The translations under genes and the position numbers were made by a program. From an uncultured Gemmatimonadales bacterium (lineage in GTDB: Bacteria; Gemmatimonadota; Gemmatimonadetes; Gemmatimonadales; GWC2-71-9), in assembly GCA_963739455.1 (NCBI GenBank), contig CAVUAK010000001.1:1024001-1088000 (forward strand): a stretch of DNA of 64,000 nucleotides, given 5' to 3'. Below, piece by piece: positions 35,279 to 44,455 of this stretch (positions within the stretch are counted from its first letter, which is position 1; each line of letters begins with the position of its first letter). The notes beneath the pieces are model-generated. The model did not search any database, was not told where the DNA came from, and saw only the letters and a program-made list of their open reading frames with translations.

Positions 35279-35700
35279 ACGCGCCGATGACTCGAGCGCC
35301 GGAACCTGGTTTCGGAAGCGAGTTGTCGGTGGGTTCGAGCGGCGCGTCGGAGGAGGTTGCCAGAGCTCACAAGGCTTGGCGGCCGATGATTCCGGTGATC
35401 ACTCCGGCTCGAACAGGTGGAGCCAGTCGCGCGCTCCATCCGCCCCGATGTGGCGCCTCGGGATGCAGTGCGAAGGGTTGGTCCGCGACCCGATCCGACT
35501 CGCAGCGCTCGTGTTGGTGAACCAGGCAGGATGCGCATCCAGTCTGGGGATGGAAGCCGAAGCCCCGCGCGAGCCCTACAGTGACGCATCAGTCACCGAT
35601 GGCCGACGGGAGAAGAACGGCGGCGGCAACGCTCCGACTTCGGGTAATCAGCATGGGGAACGGCCGACAGGGCTCCGGGCTCTGCGGCCGTTTCCGTTTT
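35279..35700 (+). ncRNA. Putative structured non-coding RNA of unknown family
   Basis: Series of nested stems found by eye (35283-94/35319-30, 35299-305/35309-15, 35333-40/35407-14, 35355-62/35377-84, 35418-23/35433-38, 35475-80/35486-91), several with G-U pairs; no credible ORF; ends in an intrinsic terminator. Confidence 0.5.
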
Positions 35701-35701
35701 C
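35655..35701 (+). terminator. Intrinsic terminator
   Basis: GGAACGGCCG..CAGGGC..GCTCTG..CGGCCGTTTCC followed by GTTTTC. Confidence 0.65.
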
Positions 35702-35716
35702 GTTAGCTTGAACGGC

Positions 35717-36097
35717 ATGGCCCTGCATGTGCTCGTCGTATCACCGGATGAGGCGCGCCGCAGTACGCTGGCGGCGGCGTTGCTCGCCGCCGGTCATCGT
35801 GCGGTGGGGGTGGAGAGCGGCGCCGTCGGCGCCGCCGCACTGACGGAGCCGGGCATCGATGCGGTGCTCGTGGACTTGATCACCCCCGAGCTGGATGGCG
35901 CCGCATTGCGGACGCTCCTCGATCCGGCCACACCGGCCCGGCCCGATTCCCTCGAGGACGCCGAACGGCGGCACATCGCGCTGGTCCTGGATCACACCGG
36001 CGGCAACAAGAAGCAGGCCGCCCTTCTTCTCGGCATTTCGCGGTCGACCCTGCTGCACAAGGTGCGCAAGTACCGCATCATCACGCCGCGCTCCTGA
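35717..36097 (+). CDS. Truncated receiver-like domain fused to a Fis-type HTH
   Basis: HVLVVSPDE..DAVLVDL..PELDG, then SLEDAERRHIALVLDHTGGNKKQAALLLGISRSTLLHKV. Confidence 0.8.
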   Translation: MALHVLVVSPDEARRSTLAAALLAAGHRAVGVESGAVGAAALTEPGIDAVLVDLITPELDGAALRTLLDPATPARPDSLEDAERRHIALVLDHTGGNKKQAALLLGISRSTLLHKVRKYRIITPRS

Positions 36098-36512
36098 CGA
36101 CCCGCACCCGCCCCAGGCGCGATACGAAGATCTCGACCCGCGCCGCTCCCAGCGTCACCACATAGCGCGCATTGGCCGCACCCATGGCAAGCCCGTTGGG
36201 AGCGTAGCTCGTCTCCGAGGGTTCGCTCATGAGCGCCGCGCCGTCCATGGCCGGTCCCGGCGCGCTCCATCGCACTGAGTCTCCCACAAGTACGACCAGC
36301 GAATCCGTGGTAAGCACGACCCGGGCGACGCGCTGCTCATTGAGCGCCACGGCTCGGGCCCGGCCGTGCGCAAGCGCGATGCGCGAGGCGGCCTGTCCCG
36401 CGTGAATGCCGTCGAGTGCCCCCGACATGCGCGGCAACGCGAGCCCGAGCAGGATGCCCAGCAGAGCCAGAACGATCGCGAGTTCGATGAGTGTGTGTCC
36501 CTGGCGGCGCAT
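36081..36512 (-). CDS. Type IV pilin/pseudopilin (GspH/FimT-like)
   Basis: Prepilin motif MRRQG^HTLIELAIVLALLGILLG, ARAVA, C-terminal VSRLGRVRV. Confidence 0.85.
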   Translation of the reverse strand: MRRQGHTLIELAIVLALLGILLGLALPRMSGALDGIHAGQAASRIALAHGRARAVALNEQRVARVVLTTDSLVVLVGDSVRWSAPGPAMDGAALMSEPSETSYAPNGLAMGAANARYVVTLGAARVEIFVSRLGRVRVVRSAA

Positions 36513-36756
36513 GGCCCATAGTAGGGCGGACGGGTTTCCGCCACGGTACCCGCCGCACGCAATCTGGCGCATTGTGACGCGGTGGTCTTGCCGCGCGCCG
36601 CGCGGGCGCGCATACTGTTTTTTCGTTGTCCCTGCTGTCCACTGTTTTCCCTGCGGACTTGCGGAGTCTTTCCCTGATCCATTCGCTGACTGCGCCGACG
36701 CCGTGCCTCGCACCTCTGGCGCTCCGCCCGTGCGCTCCGACCGCCATGGTGCTCGC

Positions 36757-37407
36757 ATGACCGCGGGCCTCGTCACGCCTGCCGTGCCGCCGGCTGCCGA
36801 TCCACTGGCCGTGTTGCGTGAGTACCGCACGCTCGCACCGTGGAGCCTTCGCGACCTGGCCGCCGTGGCGGCCGCGGTCCTCGAGGCGTCCGATGTTGTC
36901 CCGTTGAATGCCGCGGCGCGCGCTCGGCCTACGGAGCGCACCATCCGCTTTTACGTCACGCGAGGGCTTGTCAGCGCGCCCGAAGGCCGCGGTACCGCCG
37001 CGGTGTACGGGTACCGCCACCTGCTGCAGGTGCTGGCCATCAAGCTCCGGCAAATGGAGGGTGCCACCCTCGACACGCTCTCAGCCGAGTTTGCGGGCAT
37101 GACGGGCGATATCATCGAGCGTCGCGTTGCCGCGGCACTGGGCACCACACTGCCATCCCCCGAACGCCTGCCGCTGCTCCGTCCCGCCAGCCACGCACGG
37201 GGCAAGGTCGGGCGGGCCATCCAGCAGTGGCTGTCGAGCCCCGTGCCGGGCCAGGAGCGCGGCAGCAACTGCCGGCGGGTGCCCGTGGCGCCCGGCCTCG
37301 AGCTCATCGTGGATGAGCACCACCCGGTGCTTCGCGCGGCCGGTGGGGATGCGGCCATTGCTGAGGTGGTGCGCCAGGTGCTCTCGCGCCTGGTGACCGG
37401 CGAGTAG
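36757..37407 (+). CDS. MerR-like HTH transcriptional regulator
   Basis: TERTIRFYVTRGLVSAPEGRGTAAVYGYRHLLQVLAIKLRQ. Confidence 0.8.
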   Translation: MTAGLVTPAVPPAADPLAVLREYRTLAPWSLRDLAAVAAAVLEASDVVPLNAAARARPTERTIRFYVTRGLVSAPEGRGTAAVYGYRHLLQVLAIKLRQMEGATLDTLSAEFAGMTGDIIERRVAAALGTTLPSPERLPLLRPASHARGKVGRAIQQWLSSPVPGQERGSNCRRVPVAPGLELIVDEHHPVLRAAGGDAAIAEVVRQVLSRLVTGE

Positions 37408-37438
37408 TGCCGGTTCCCTCGATTCGGGCAGGCTGCCC

Positions 37439-38008
37439 ATGACAATTGCGTTCCTGGTACTCGTCGCCGTCGTGGCGCTCTGGGTCGTCGGGGCGTACAA
37501 CGGCCTCATCGCGCTCAAGAACCAGACGGTCAACGCCTGGAAGCAGATCGATGTGCAGCTGAAGCGCCGCCACGACCTCATTCCCAACCTGGTGAATGCG
37601 GTCAAGGGACAGATGGACTTTGAGAAGTCCACCCTCGAGGCGGTGATCTCGGCCAGGGCGAAGGCGGTGGGCGCCAGCGGCGTGGCGGCAACGGCGAAGG
37701 CGGAGGGCGAACTGACGCAGGCCCTGGGCAGGTTGTTCGCCCTTGCCGAGAACTATCCTGACCTCAAGAGCTCCGCCAACGTGCTGCAGCTGCAGGAAGA
37801 GTTGAGCAGCACCGAGAACAAGATCGGGTTCGCCCGGCAGCTCTACAACGACGTTGCCACGCAGTACAACACCAGGCAGGCGCAATTTCCCACCAACCTC
37901 GTCGCCGGCCTGGCCAAGGCGACGCCGTCGGAACTCTGGGAAATCACCGATGCGGGCGAGCGACAGGTTCCCACCGTCGATCTTTCACTGAACCGGCCGG
38001 CCACCTGA
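37439..38008 (+). CDS. lemA: LemA family protein
   Basis: YNGLI..AWKQIDVQLKRRHDLIPNLV, AENYPDLKS, ENKIGFARQLYN. Confidence 0.95.
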   Translation: MTIAFLVLVAVVALWVVGAYNGLIALKNQTVNAWKQIDVQLKRRHDLIPNLVNAVKGQMDFEKSTLEAVISARAKAVGASGVAATAKAEGELTQALGRLFALAENYPDLKSSANVLQLQEELSSTENKIGFARQLYNDVATQYNTRQAQFPTNLVAGLAKATPSELWEITDAGERQVPTVDLSLNRPAT

Positions 38009-38012
38009 CGCA

Positions 38013-39022
38013 GTGACCGCCGGGCGCGGCAACCTGTTCCAGGAACAGGAGCGCAACCGGCGCCGTTCGTTCTGGCTGGTCACCCTCTTCATCATGTTCT
38101 TCGGCTGGGTCGGCTTCGGTGGCGACCTGGCCTTCTTTTTCCTGACTCGCGATGCCGGGCCGGGCGCCTACCGCCACCTCATCCCGTTCATCGGGATCAT
38201 CACCACCCTCGTCGCCGCCGGAATTGCGTGGTTCGCCTGGGAGAAGGGCGCCGACCGCGTGCTGTGGTCCACCGGGGCATGGGAAGTCATCGAGGCGGCC
38301 ACGGCCGAGCAGAAGCAGTACGTCAACGTGGTGGAGGAGATGGCGATTGCCGCAGGGCAGCCACGCCCGCGCATCTGGATAGTGCCCGATCCCGATCCCA
38401 ACGCATTCGCGACCGGGCGTGATCCGCAGCACGCGAGCATTGCGGTAACGGAGGGCCTGCTCGCCCGGCTCAACCGTGAGGAACTGCAGGGGTTGGTGGC
38501 GCATGAAATGGCGCACATCGCGAACTGGGACACCCGGCTGATGACCCTGCTCGCGGCCATGCTGGGTGCAATCGCGCTGATGTCGGATGGCCTGGGGCGG
38601 ACGATGCGGGGTGGCGTGCGCATCGGCGGATCACGCGGCGGCGGCAAGGAGAAGGGCAACCCGCTCGGCCTGATCCTGCTGGTGCTCTGGGTCTTCACGC
38701 TCCTCATCGCGCCGGTCGTGTCGCGTTTGCTCGCGATGGCAGTGAGCCGGAAGCGGGAATTCCTGGCGGACGCCAGCGGCGCGCAGTTCACGAGGAACCC
38801 CCTGGCGCTCGCGTCGGCGCTGGAGAAGCTCGAGAAGGAGTCGGCGCCGACCCGAACGATCACGCAGGGCGCAGCACACCTCTGCATCGTGGACCCGGCG
38901 GAACGGATGGTGTCGGAGCGGGGGGGATTGTCGGGGATGTCTTTGCGTCACATCCCCCGATGCGGGAGCGAGTGGCCAGGCTGCGAGGGATGGGCTATCA
39001 GATTCCAGACTCTAGACTCTAG
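38013..39022 (+). CDS. htpX: HtpX-like M48 membrane zinc protease (frameshift near the G-run at ~38920)
   Basis: PNAFATG, VAHEMAH, SRKREFLADA; the conserved SHPPMRER tail is in a shifted frame ending at TAG 39020-39022. Confidence 0.88.
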
Positions 39023-39033
39023 ACTCAAGACTC
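39006..39033. repeat. Heptamer tandem repeat (nAGACTC)x4
   Basis: CAGACTC TAGACTC TAGACTC AAGACTC at the junction of two convergent genes. Confidence 0.8.
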
Positions 39034-40104
39034 GCCGTCATCTGAATCATCCAGGAACGTCAGCGCCTGCCGTCGCTTCACGACGGCCTCGAGCGCGCCG
39101 TGGACTCGCTCGTCCACCACGGCATTGATCAGGTCGCGCATCCGCTCCACCGCCGTCTCGGGCGGCATCTTTTCCTGGTACGGCCGCGCCGTGGTGAGGG
39201 CGTCGAAGATCTCCACCGCCCCCACGATGCGCGCGCCGAGCGGAATGGCCTCTGCCTTGAGCTTGTCCGGGTAGCCGAAGCCGTCCCAGCGCTCATGGTG
39301 GTTCCGCACGAAGCTGATGATGTCCCTCAGGTGCACCAGCGGGGCCAGGATCTGGCTGCCCACCAGCACATGCTGCTTCACGTGGGAGTACTCGTCGTCG
39401 GTGAGCGGCCCCTGCTTGTTCAGCACATCCTCGCGGATCCCGATCTTGCCGATGTCGTGCAGCCGGCCCGCCGTGCGGATCATTTCCACTTCTTCATCCG
39501 ACAGGCCAAGCTCTGCCGCGATCCCCGCCGACAGGTCTGCCACGCGCGCCGAGTGCCCGCGGAGATACGCATCCTTGGCCTCGAGGGCGTTCACCAGGGC
39601 CTCGAGGGTCGCAATGGAGAGGCGCTCGAGGGTTTCCTGTTCGCGCCGGAGTTCCACTGACCGGAGGTGCACGTCGTCGCTCAGCCAGCGCTCGATGCGC
39701 GTGTCTTCCAGCGCCTTGTGGCGTCGCTGCAGGGCCCGGCTCACGGCGCGCGTGAGATGATCGAGGTCGAGGGGCTCGGTGACGTAGTCCATCGCCCCGC
39801 GCTGCACGCAGAGGGCCGCCGTGGTGGCGTCGTGCACCGCGGTGAGCATCAGGATGGCGAGGGTGGGCTCGAGTTCGAGCAGGGCCGGCACCAGCTCGAT
39901 GGCGCTGGTGCCCGGCAGGTGCGTGTCGAGGAGCATGGCCGCGACTTTTTCGCGGCGCACGATGTCGAGCGCCTCGGCGCCGGTGCTGGCGGTGAGGATG
40001 GTATGGCCCTGCAGCCTGAGCTGGCGGGCGATCGCCGCGCGGACCGATTCCTCGTCATCGACGATGAGGATGCTCGACTGTCCGTCGCTCAGCGGCAGGG
40101 TCAC
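39025..40104 (-). CDS. Response regulator with HD-GYP domain (c-di-GMP phosphodiesterase, RpfG-like)
   Basis: ILIVDDE receiver; KDAYLRGHSARV, LHDIGKIG, HHERWDGFGYP. Confidence 0.92.
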   Translation of the reverse strand: MTLPLSDGQSSILIVDDEESVRAAIARQLRLQGHTILTASTGAEALDIVRREKVAAMLLDTHLPGTSAIELVPALLELEPTLAILMLTAVHDATTAALCVQRGAMDYVTEPLDLDHLTRAVSRALQRRHKALEDTRIERWLSDDVHLRSVELRREQETLERLSIATLEALVNALEAKDAYLRGHSARVADLSAGIAAELGLSDEEVEMIRTAGRLHDIGKIGIREDVLNKQGPLTDDEYSHVKQHVLVGSQILAPLVHLRDIISFVRNHHERWDGFGYPDKLKAEAIPLGARIVGAVEIFDALTTARPYQEKMPPETAVERMRDLINAVVDERVHGALEAVVKRRQALTFLDDSDDGES

Positions 40105-40146
40105 GTAGAGGGGCTCCAGTGACGTAAGTGCTTGACCGGACGGAAG

Positions 40147-40998
40147 CTAAGTGTTCCCATCCACGAACTCCACCTCCAGCCGCTGCGGAATGATCCCCGC
40201 TTCGGCAGCACGGTCGAGCAGCAGCTGCACTGCCGCGCGCCCACGAGCACCGTAGTCCACCGTCCAGTCGTTCACGTACATGCCGACGAAGGTGTCGGTG
40301 CGCTCGTCGCCGATGCCGCGATTGAAGCGCTTCGCGTGCTCGAGCGCAGGGCGGCGGTGCGCCAGGGCGTACTCGATGCTCGCGCGCAGGTCGCGCGCCA
40401 CCTGGTTCATCGTACTCGTGCCAAGGTCGCGACGCACGACGTTGCCACCGAGGGGAAGCGGCAGGCCGGTCTCGCGCAGCCACCAGGCGCCCATGTCTTC
40501 CCACAGGTGCAGGCCCTGGTCCTGGAAGGTGAGCTGGCCCTCGTGAATGAGCAGGCCAACGTCCACGTCGCCGCGTGCCACGGCGTCCTCGATGGTGTCG
40601 AAGGGCATGACTACCTGCACCGTGTCGGGCTGGTAGAGCCGGAGGGCGAGGCACGCCGTGGTGAGCGTGCCGGGAATGCCGACGCGCTTGCCGCGGAGCG
40701 CGCTCCGCACGTCGCCCGGCGCCGGAGTCTTCGCGACGAGCCGCGGGCCGTAACCGTCACCCATCGAGGAGCCACTCGACAGCAGCGCGTACTTGTCGGC
40801 CAGGTAGGCGTACGCGTGGATCGACACGGCGGTGACCTCGAGCTCGGCATTCAGGGCGCGCCGGTTGAGCGACTCGATGTCCTGCAGCTCGTGCACGTAC
40901 GTCAGGTCGCCGGTATCGATCTTTCCCTCGGCGAGCGCATAGAACATGAATGCATCGTCGGAGTCGGGACTGTGGGCAACGCGGATGGTCGTAGTCAT
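40147..40998 (-). CDS. mqnD: 1,4-dihydroxy-6-naphthoate synthase (futalosine menaquinone pathway)
   Basis: VAHSPDSDDAFMFYAL, DIESLN, GDGYGP, LIHEGQLT, LPLPLGGN, FVGMYVN. Confidence 0.88.
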   Translation of the reverse strand: MTTTIRVAHSPDSDDAFMFYALAEGKIDTGDLTYVHELQDIESLNRRALNAELEVTAVSIHAYAYLADKYALLSSGSSMGDGYGPRLVAKTPAPGDVRSALRGKRVGIPGTLTTACLALRLYQPDTVQVVMPFDTIEDAVARGDVDVGLLIHEGQLTFQDQGLHLWEDMGAWWLRETGLPLPLGGNVVRRDLGTSTMNQVARDLRASIEYALAHRRPALEHAKRFNRGIGDERTDTFVGMYVNDWTVDYGARGRAAVQLLLDRAAEAGIIPQRLEVEFVDGNT

Positions 40999-41015
40999 CA
41001 GGTCCTGTCCACCGT

Positions 41016-41846
41016 TCACTGTTTTCCGTTCGCGCTGTTCATGTATTCGTCGATGACCGGCTTGTGCTCGCCGTACTCGGGACGGTCGGCCCGGCCGATC
41101 TCGGCCTGATAGTGGGCCATGAAGTCCTTGCGGGCGGCTGCGCCGGCGCGGGCATCGCGGCGGCGATCGGCCACCTCGCCGCGGACGAGGTACCCGAAGA
41201 GGTGATTCGGGTTCTGGGCCAGGATCGTGTCGGCCAGCGCGAGCGCCGCGGCATCCTGTCCCGACTCGGCGTAGAGCACCGCCGCGTGGTAACGCAGGTC
41301 GGCGGTGACGGTGTCGAGCATGCCATACGCCAGGATCGCCATCGGCGTGAACTGCCGCGCCTGTGCCGAGTCGCCGCTGGCGGCGGCACGCATGACGCGA
41401 TCGAAGAGCCGGTTGAATCGCTCGCTGGCCGACATGCTCGAGATGTCGGGCGGGGCACCGGCGGGCAAGCCGGGTTCTGCCTCTCCGGCGTCCACCGGCC
41501 GCCGCACCCGGTGCGGCATTGCCCGCGTTGGCCATGCGCGCCACTTCCGGCGGGTTGTTGCGATTGATGCCCAGGTACGCGATGTACGTGAGCCCGGCGA
41601 TCACCAGGAATCCAGCGACCAGCCACGGCACCCGGCTCTCGGCTGCCGGCGGCGCTGCCGTACGGGCCGCGCCGACGCTGACGGCCTTGCCGCAGCGATG
41701 ACAGAACCTGGCAATCGGCGAAAGGCTGGCGCTGCAGGACGCGACAGCTGCGCGGGCCCGACCGCGGCGCCACAGCGATCACAGAATCGACCGGGAGCGT
41801 CGGCGCCACAGACGGGGCAGGCGGGTACGGTGGAGGGGCCGGGCAC
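41016..41846 (-). CDS. Double zinc-ribbon + TM + TPR-like protein (several frameshifts)
   Basis: CPVC..FCDRCG, then SC..FCHRCG, TM PWLVAGFLVIAGLTYIAYLG, then a helical TPR-like C-terminus; pieces lie in three frames. Confidence 0.6.
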
Positions 41847-41937
41847 GGGCGGGCAATGTAACCGCTGGCGGCTCCAATGGCACCGTATTACCGTGCAGAG
41901 CGATCGCCATTCGCGACCGAGCACGACTGGAGGGATA

Positions 41938-42237
41938 TTGCAGCCATCGCGGAACGCGCCTGAGCCCCTTCCGGCCGATGCCCCGCTGGGCCGCTCTCTC
42001 GGAGAGCTTGCGCGGGGAGATTCGCGCTGGACCGTCTTCCTCGAGACCCGCCCGCATCCACGCGGCACCGGGCTTCGCCACAACACGCTCCAGGGCCGGC
42101 TCCACTTCGTCGACCAGGCGGAGGTCCACCGCAGTACCGGGTGGATTTTTTCCGAGTGGACCGACGCCGATGTCGTCAACCGATTCAACGAATTCAGCGC
42201 TGCGGAGCTCTGGCTGCTGCTCGACAGCCTCGCCTGA
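41938..42237 (+). CDS. Hypothetical protein
   Basis: GGAGG SD before TTG; WTVFLET..QGRLHF..STGWIF..ELWLLLDSLA. Confidence 0.6.
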   Translation: MQPSRNAPEPLPADAPLGRSLGELARGDSRWTVFLETRPHPRGTGLRHNTLQGRLHFVDQAEVHRSTGWIFSEWTDADVVNRFNEFSAAELWLLLDSLA

Positions 42238-42257
42238 CCCGCTGACAGCGAGGGGCC

Positions 42258-43648
42258 ATGGGACTGGGACGAGCACGCCGCGGTGACCGGCCGAGCCTGG
42301 AAGAGTTTCCGACCGACCTGACCGGGGCCCGCAAGGGCGACATCCGCGAGCTGGCCGAGCGCTTCGGTGTCGACTTCCTCCGCCTGCAGTTCACCGACAT
42401 TCTCGGCATCAACAAGAATGTCGAGGTTCCGCCCAGCCAGTTCGAGAAGGCGCTCGACGGCGAGATCATGTTCGACGGCTCCTCGATCGAGGGGTTCGTG
42501 CGGATCGAGGAGTCGGACATGCTCCTCAAGCCCGATCCCACGACCTTCCGCATGCTGCCCTTCGACGAGGAGGGCGGGCGGGTTGCCCGGCTCATCTGCG
42601 ACATCCATTCGCCGGACGGCGCGCCCTTCGACGGCTGTCCTCGCCACACCCTCAAGCGACAGATCGCCCGCGCCCGGAAGCTGGGCTTCGAGATGATGGC
42701 CGGCTGCGAAGCCGAGTTCTTCCTCTTCGAGAAGGCGCCCGACGGCGCACCCACCACCAGCACCCACGACCTCGCCGGCTACTTCGACCTTGGCCCCATG
42801 GACAAGGGCGAGGAGATCCGCCGCGTCATCGTGGATTGCCTCGAGCTCATGGGGTTCGAGGTCGAGGCCGCGCATCACGAGGTGGCCCCGGGACAGCACG
42901 AGATCGACTTCCGCTATGCCGGCGCGCTGGTGACGGCGGACAACCTCGCCACGTTCAAGCTGGTCGTGCGCCAGGTGGCCAACCGCTACGGCTACGTCGC
43001 CTCGTTCATGCCCAAGCCGATCGAGGGCGTGGCCGGCAGCGGCATGCATACGCACCAGTCGCTGTTCCGCGGCACTGAAAACGCCTTCTTCGACGCCAAG
43101 GCCGAGAACCAGCTCTCCGCGGTGGCGTTGCAGTACATCGAGGGGATGCTCCAGCACGCGCGCGGGTCGTGCGCCATCACCAATCCGCTCGTCAACAGCT
43201 ACAAGCGCCTGGTGCCGGGGTTCGAGGCGCCGGTGAACGTCGCCTGGTCGATGCGCAACCGGTCGCCGCTGGTGCGCATCCCGACCGCCGCGGCGTCGGC
43301 ACCCGCTGCGAGAACCGCATGCCCGATCCGTCGGCGAACCCGTACCTCGCGCTGGCGGTGCAGCTCGCGTCGGGGCTCGACGGCATCGAGCAGGAGATGG
43401 TGTGCCGCGAACCGGTGCACCGGAACATCTTCCGCATGACCTACCGCGACCGGCGGAAGTACCGCATCGACGAACTGCCGCGCGACCTGCACGAGGCGCT
43501 CGAGTACCTCGAGAAGGACGACGTGGTGAAGGCAGCGCTGGGCGAGCACATCACCGAGCGTTTCATCGAGGCGAAGGAGAAGGAAATCGAGTCCTTCAAC
43601 GCCTACGTGAGCCGATGGGAGATCGAGCGGTACCTCGGCCGGTACTGA
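42258..43648 (+). CDS. glnA: Glutamine synthetase type I (frameshift near 43282)
   Basis: FDGSSIEGF, HHEVAPGQHE, FMPKP..GSGMH, SYKRLVPGFEAP, then RCENRMPDPSANPYL. Confidence 0.95.
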
Positions 43649-43657
43649 GCGCCCGCC

Positions 43658-44455
43658 GTGCGACCCGCCGGCGTTCTCTGCGACCTCGAGGGCACGCTCT
43701 ACTCGGGTGACGCGCCCCTTCCCGGGGCGACACTGCTGGTTCCCGCGCTTCGCACGCTGCACATTCCCTTCCGCTTCATCACCAACACCACCAGCCGGTC
43801 GCGCCGTGCCCTCGTTGCCCGGCTTGCCGCCATGGGCATCGTCGTTTCCACCGACGAGATCGTGAGTGCACCGGTGGCCGCGGCGACACTCGTGCGCGAT
43901 CGGGGACACGAGGTGGTGGCGCCATTCCTGGTGGAGGCGGTGCTCGAGGATCTCGAGGGGCTCACCCTGCAGGGAGGAACAGCGGCACACGGCGGTCGAC
44001 GCCCCACCGCCATCCTCCTCGGTGACCTCGGCGATCGATGGGACTACGCGCTGCTGCAGGAAGCGTTCGAGTACCTGCGCGGCGGCGCCGAGCTCATCAC
44101 CTGTTCCCGCGACCGGGTGTACCGGAAGGGTGAGCGCCTCGTGCTCGACGTCGGGCCCTTCGTGGCCGCGCTGGAGTACGCCAGCGGCGGCACGGCGCTC
44201 CTCGCGGGCAAGCCAAGTCCGGTCATCTACGACACCGCCCTCGGCCAGCTCGGGCTCCCCGATGGCGATCGGTCGCGCGTGGTGATGATCGGGGACGACA
44301 TCCATGCCGACATCGCCGGCGCGCAGCAGGCCGGTCTCGTCGCGTGGGCAGTCGAGACAGGAAAGTTCTCGATGGCCGACGCGGTGCGCGCCGGCATTGC
44401 TCCCGATCGGGTCATTCACGGACTGGACGCGCTGCTGGCGGAACTCGACGCGTGA
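43658..44455 (+). CDS. HAD-IIA family hydrolase (LHPP/NagD-like)
   Basis: CDLEGTLY, ITNTT, GKPS, MIGDDIHADIAGA. Confidence 0.9.
   Translation: MRPAGVLCDLEGTLYSGDAPLPGATLLVPALRTLHIPFRFITNTTSRSRRALVARLAAMGIVVSTDEIVSAPVAAATLVRDRGHEVVAPFLVEAVLEDLEGLTLQGGTAAHGGRRPTAILLGDLGDRWDYALLQEAFEYLRGGAELITCSRDRVYRKGERLVLDVGPFVAALEYASGGTALLAGKPSPVIYDTALGQLGLPDGDRSRVVMIGDDIHADIAGAQQAGLVAWAVETGKFSMADAVRAGIAPDRVIHGLDALLAELDA

Noticed and set aside
35279..35700. RNase P RNA, tmRNA or SRP RNA; also ORFs 35287..35520, 35376..35711 and 35188..35589
   Set aside because: Diagnostic conserved motifs were not found on either strand, and the ORFs lack protein-like composition or codon bias.
40999..41631. Apparent fusion of a membrane protein to MqnD (494-aa ORF)
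   Set aside because: Produced by a frameshift in the upstream zinc-ribbon/TPR gene; MqnD has its own ATG at 40998.
43270..43295. Programmed frameshift or pseudogene in glnA
   Set aside because: No slippery heptamer; one of many similar breaks best explained by sequencing indels.
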